Positions 60,728 through 64,000 of a stretch of DNA of 64,000 bases are shown one piece after another (positions within the stretch are counted from its first letter, which is position 1; each line of letters opens with the position of its first letter). A program made the position numbers and the translations under genes. Source of the DNA: Macrostomum lignano (Eukaryota); the NCBI GenBank assembly GCA_002269645.1, contig NIVC01000362.1, forward strand, positions 434,001 to 498,000. The letters run 5' to 3'. The notes under the pieces were generated by a model. That model made no database searches, had not been told where the DNA came from, and worked only from the letters and a program-made list of their open reading frames with translations.

Positions 60728-63569
60728 CAAGCGTGTTAGATGGGTTGAGACGACACATGGGCTAGGATACTCGTATGATGGAATGTCCTCGTATGGTTTA
60801 GACGAGAATGACTGTCTATGGCAGTCACGAGCCAATAGGAAGGAACAGGGGGGAAGGGGTGCTAAAAGTGAAGATTGAGCGAAGCAAAAATAACTTGCTC
60901 AGATTAGCACTCCATTCTATTCTTTCCTCCATGGCCGAGGCCTGGAACAAGTCCGAAGGTTATGCTTTAGACCATAGACTAATATAAATGAAAATAATTT
61001 ATTTATACCCCAGTTTTTGCCATGTTAACATAGGAAATTTTAATAATGTCGATTTGATGCAGTTCTCGAAAATACTGGATTGGGTATTTATGATCGAATG
61101 AGTAATTGTCTGTAGGTCTACTTGATCTCTTTAATTTTTATCTGCAACATTTTTGAGTTATTTGCAACACGAGCGACGTAGTATATAGAAGACAGCATCG
61201 GTTTTGAGTCACTAAGTCTTGCTGAAATCGTAGCTGTCTTGAGTGACTTATTACCCTTTGGCTCCCCCAACCGACTACAGCGAAGATGAGTAGAGACTCA
61301 ACGAGATGATTGTGTCTGTTGTGGAATGTGTGTTTGTGGATAGTAGAAATCCTTTGATCGCAGCTTTTCCAGATAGCTCCAGGATTTCTAGCCTTTTCGC
61401 ACCGGAGCTAGAAATACAAAAGCTCCGTTCCTGCCGGCATGGTCAGCTGGGCTGTCCATAGACCATAGCTAGAATCTTAATGCGCCGCTGTATTCTAGCC
61501 GAGAAGGGAGCATTCTATACTTGGCTTGGACAAATCTAGGGTCGAAAAAAAGCAGTTTCAAAGTGCATTTCACTTGATGCACTCTATATAGATTATGCAG
61601 TGTGTACACTCGATACCTGGCTATAGACATTACAGTTCACTTTAAAATCTGCAAACAGGCCTTTTTGAAAGAAAAAGCACTGCACCTCCTTAATACGAGT
61701 AGTGCATCATTTTTTAAAAGTAAATCAGCTACAGCCATGGAAATTTTGCATACATCGGATTCTGCAGGACTGATGATATTACAGAGAATGCTGAAACCGA
61801 GTCACTGGATTCCATTGCAGATAAGTAGGACTTTTTTCACCCATTTTTCGTATGATCAGCGCTGCTGACCATGCTCGGCAGAAACGGCTACTGTGGGTGC
61901 AGCACATAACTTTTCTTTTACCATAGACTCAAAAAAATCAGCAGTGAAGGCTGTTGGTCCAAGGGTCCATGGTCAGCTCTGCTGACCATCCGGCAGCTTA
62001 AAGCTAGATCAGTGTTTTGCGGGCTCTTGAGCACATTCATGCAACTTTGGTTTGCTTCTAGGACTTGTAATAACCGTATGTACAATTAATGAGGCGGTTT
62101 ATTACAGAATAGGCCAGTAAGTTTTCCCGATTAGTCGCTACCCCCCCCCCCCGGCCTAGAGCCGCTTAATGGTGACGTCACTACATATCGTGCAGATAAG
62201 TGTTGATTTTTAGGCAGATTTGACGCAAAAAACGCAAATTATACTACTATCTGAAAATGAAGTAAGTAGTATACAAAAACGCTATCCTAAGCGTGATATG
62301 GCAATATGTAGTTGTAATAATCCATGTGCTCATATATGTACATTAATTCCATGTACATTATTCCCTATCTATCTCAAATTGTACATTAATCCCATGTACA
62401 TTAATCCCTATCCCAAATTGTCTATCCCCAATTCTATATGTACACTTACATTAATCTACAGTGTCATCCCCAACGCGCGCACACCAAAATTACATCTCGA
62501 AAACCTACTACAAGTACAGTTGTACAATCCCATCTAAATGAGTCAACTAATTGTATAGCTCACATCGTAATGTATATTTCCAATGTACATTCTCAGAGAC
62601 AGATTTGAATAATACGGGTCGGAGTCTATATGTACATCGATAGCCTCTATACTCATATCCGCTACATACCCCAAAAATTAGGTATGTACATTTCACCCTC
62701 GGAGAATGTAGGTTTGAATATGCTGATAATTTATTCGAAATCACTTATAAAATACACATACTTTCATATAGAGGAGGGCCTGTACAAACTCTCACCAAGC
62801 GAGGGGGTGGAGGTTGCGTCATCCAAGCCTCTCCCCAAGTCAGACCCCAAATGCAGGACTGTGTTGAAGCAGTGCTTTATATTTCTATTGATAGTGGGTA
62901 TGATACAAGACGCTTCGTCGCGCTTTAATTACAGTAAACCATCCCCTCGAAGCTCCTATACTGAATGCTGAATCACCCTTTAACTCGGACCATAGTCAAA
63001 TTCAACCCTGTTCGAAAACAGCCACCCCTCCGATGTTCACCAGACTCGTCTTCACAGCGCAGACTCCATAGCAAAATCGAGCTAAATTTTAACACTCGCC
63101 CCTGTTTTCTCTGTCCCCCTTCTAAATGCCAAGGAATTTCGACCCTCTCTCCATTTTCAGTGTACAGACAGATCTTTCCACAGCACAGACCCTATATTAA
63201 ACTTCATTCAGCAAAACCCCTCTCTTCTCCGATTACGTCATCCATGCCACCCCAGATAGCAAGAAACCAACTTTTAATGCACATATCAACCCCGCGAATC
63301 TGAGCAAATCCGAGTCCGCCAACCTCTACCTGCATTGACAAACCCCAGCTGCATTTGTAAATGTACACAGCCTATGAATCAGTGTCTCCACCGCATGCAA
63401 TTCTGATTTACTTGATCTAAACTTTGTAAATAGTATAAGTCACCCTTGCGTTTACTAGAAGTAGTGAAGTCCACAAATTTAAATACGTGAGGCTATTCAA
63501 TTCTGCCTCTCCGCCTCCCCTGCCTCTCACTTCAAGCTTTCAGACTTGGTCTTTGAGACGGTTTAATCT

Positions 63570-64000
63570 GTTAGAAGCAGGAATGAATCATGCACTGACC
63601 TCTCCACACAAAGTAAAGTTGGAATTTCAAACAAGAAATTTGGTTATTTTGAAAGCTAAATGACTAGAAATGCACATTTTTTCATAAGAAAATACAATTT
63701 TTCACAGTTTTTATGCATTTTTTACGTTAAAATGCAGACTTTATTGATCAAAATCAGTAGTTTCATCACTAGAAACCATACTTTCAACAGCTAATTTGTC
63801 CAAATGTTGCTTTCAACTTGACCTTAGACAGCTTTTAAGCAGGAATGAACCCCACACAAACATCCACAAGCCAGCCCAAAATCATCCAAAGACATGGCTA
63901 TTGAAGCCTAAATTGCTAGAAATGCGCATTTTTTTTCATAAGAAAATACATTTTTCACAGTTTTTATGCATTTTTTACATTAAAATGCAGACTTTATTGA
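63570..64000. repeat. ~255-bp direct repeat, second copy cut by the window end
   Basis: CTAGAAATGC...TTTTTCATAAGAAAATAC...AAAATGCAGACTTTATTGA at ~63664-63748 and ~63917-64000; AGCAGGAATGAA at ~63577 and ~63838. Confidence 0.8.

Noticed and set aside
60780-63400. Possible gene or transposon in ORFs at 61602-63303
   Set aside because: Short, with no recognisable domains and no consistent splice model or termini.

Overview
Animal (invertebrate-type) genomic DNA, very rich in mini- and microsatellites. The GC-rich exons and minisatellite-filled introns resemble a Macrostomum-like flatworm, but this is inference only. Main content: (1) A complete 16,862-bp Ty3/Gypsy-type LTR element (7227-24088). 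It has two apparently identical 653-bp LTRs, a 4-bp TSD (GTGA), a tRNA-Glu PBS and a PPT. Its coding order is unusual: Gag, internal signal peptide, class III (herpes gB / rhabdovirus G-like) envelope glycoprotein with furin site, mucin-like insert and TM anchor, then protease, RT, RNase H and integrase. These appear to form one ~2,800-aa polyprotein, interrupted in this sequence by six single-base (-1) frame slips and one in-frame TGA. Unknown accessory ORFs lie upstream of gag and downstream of pol, each behind a splice acceptor. (2) An intronless biogenic-amine GPCR. (3) A complete 7-exon ZW10 gene with a different tandem repeat in every intron. (4) A 4-exon SRSF10-like gene with an AT-AC (U12) intron. 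(5) MITEs, a nested foldback element, an RTE-like LINE 3' end, and many satellites, several of which are arrays of transcription-factor motifs. All alignments and translations were done by eye, with no database searches.
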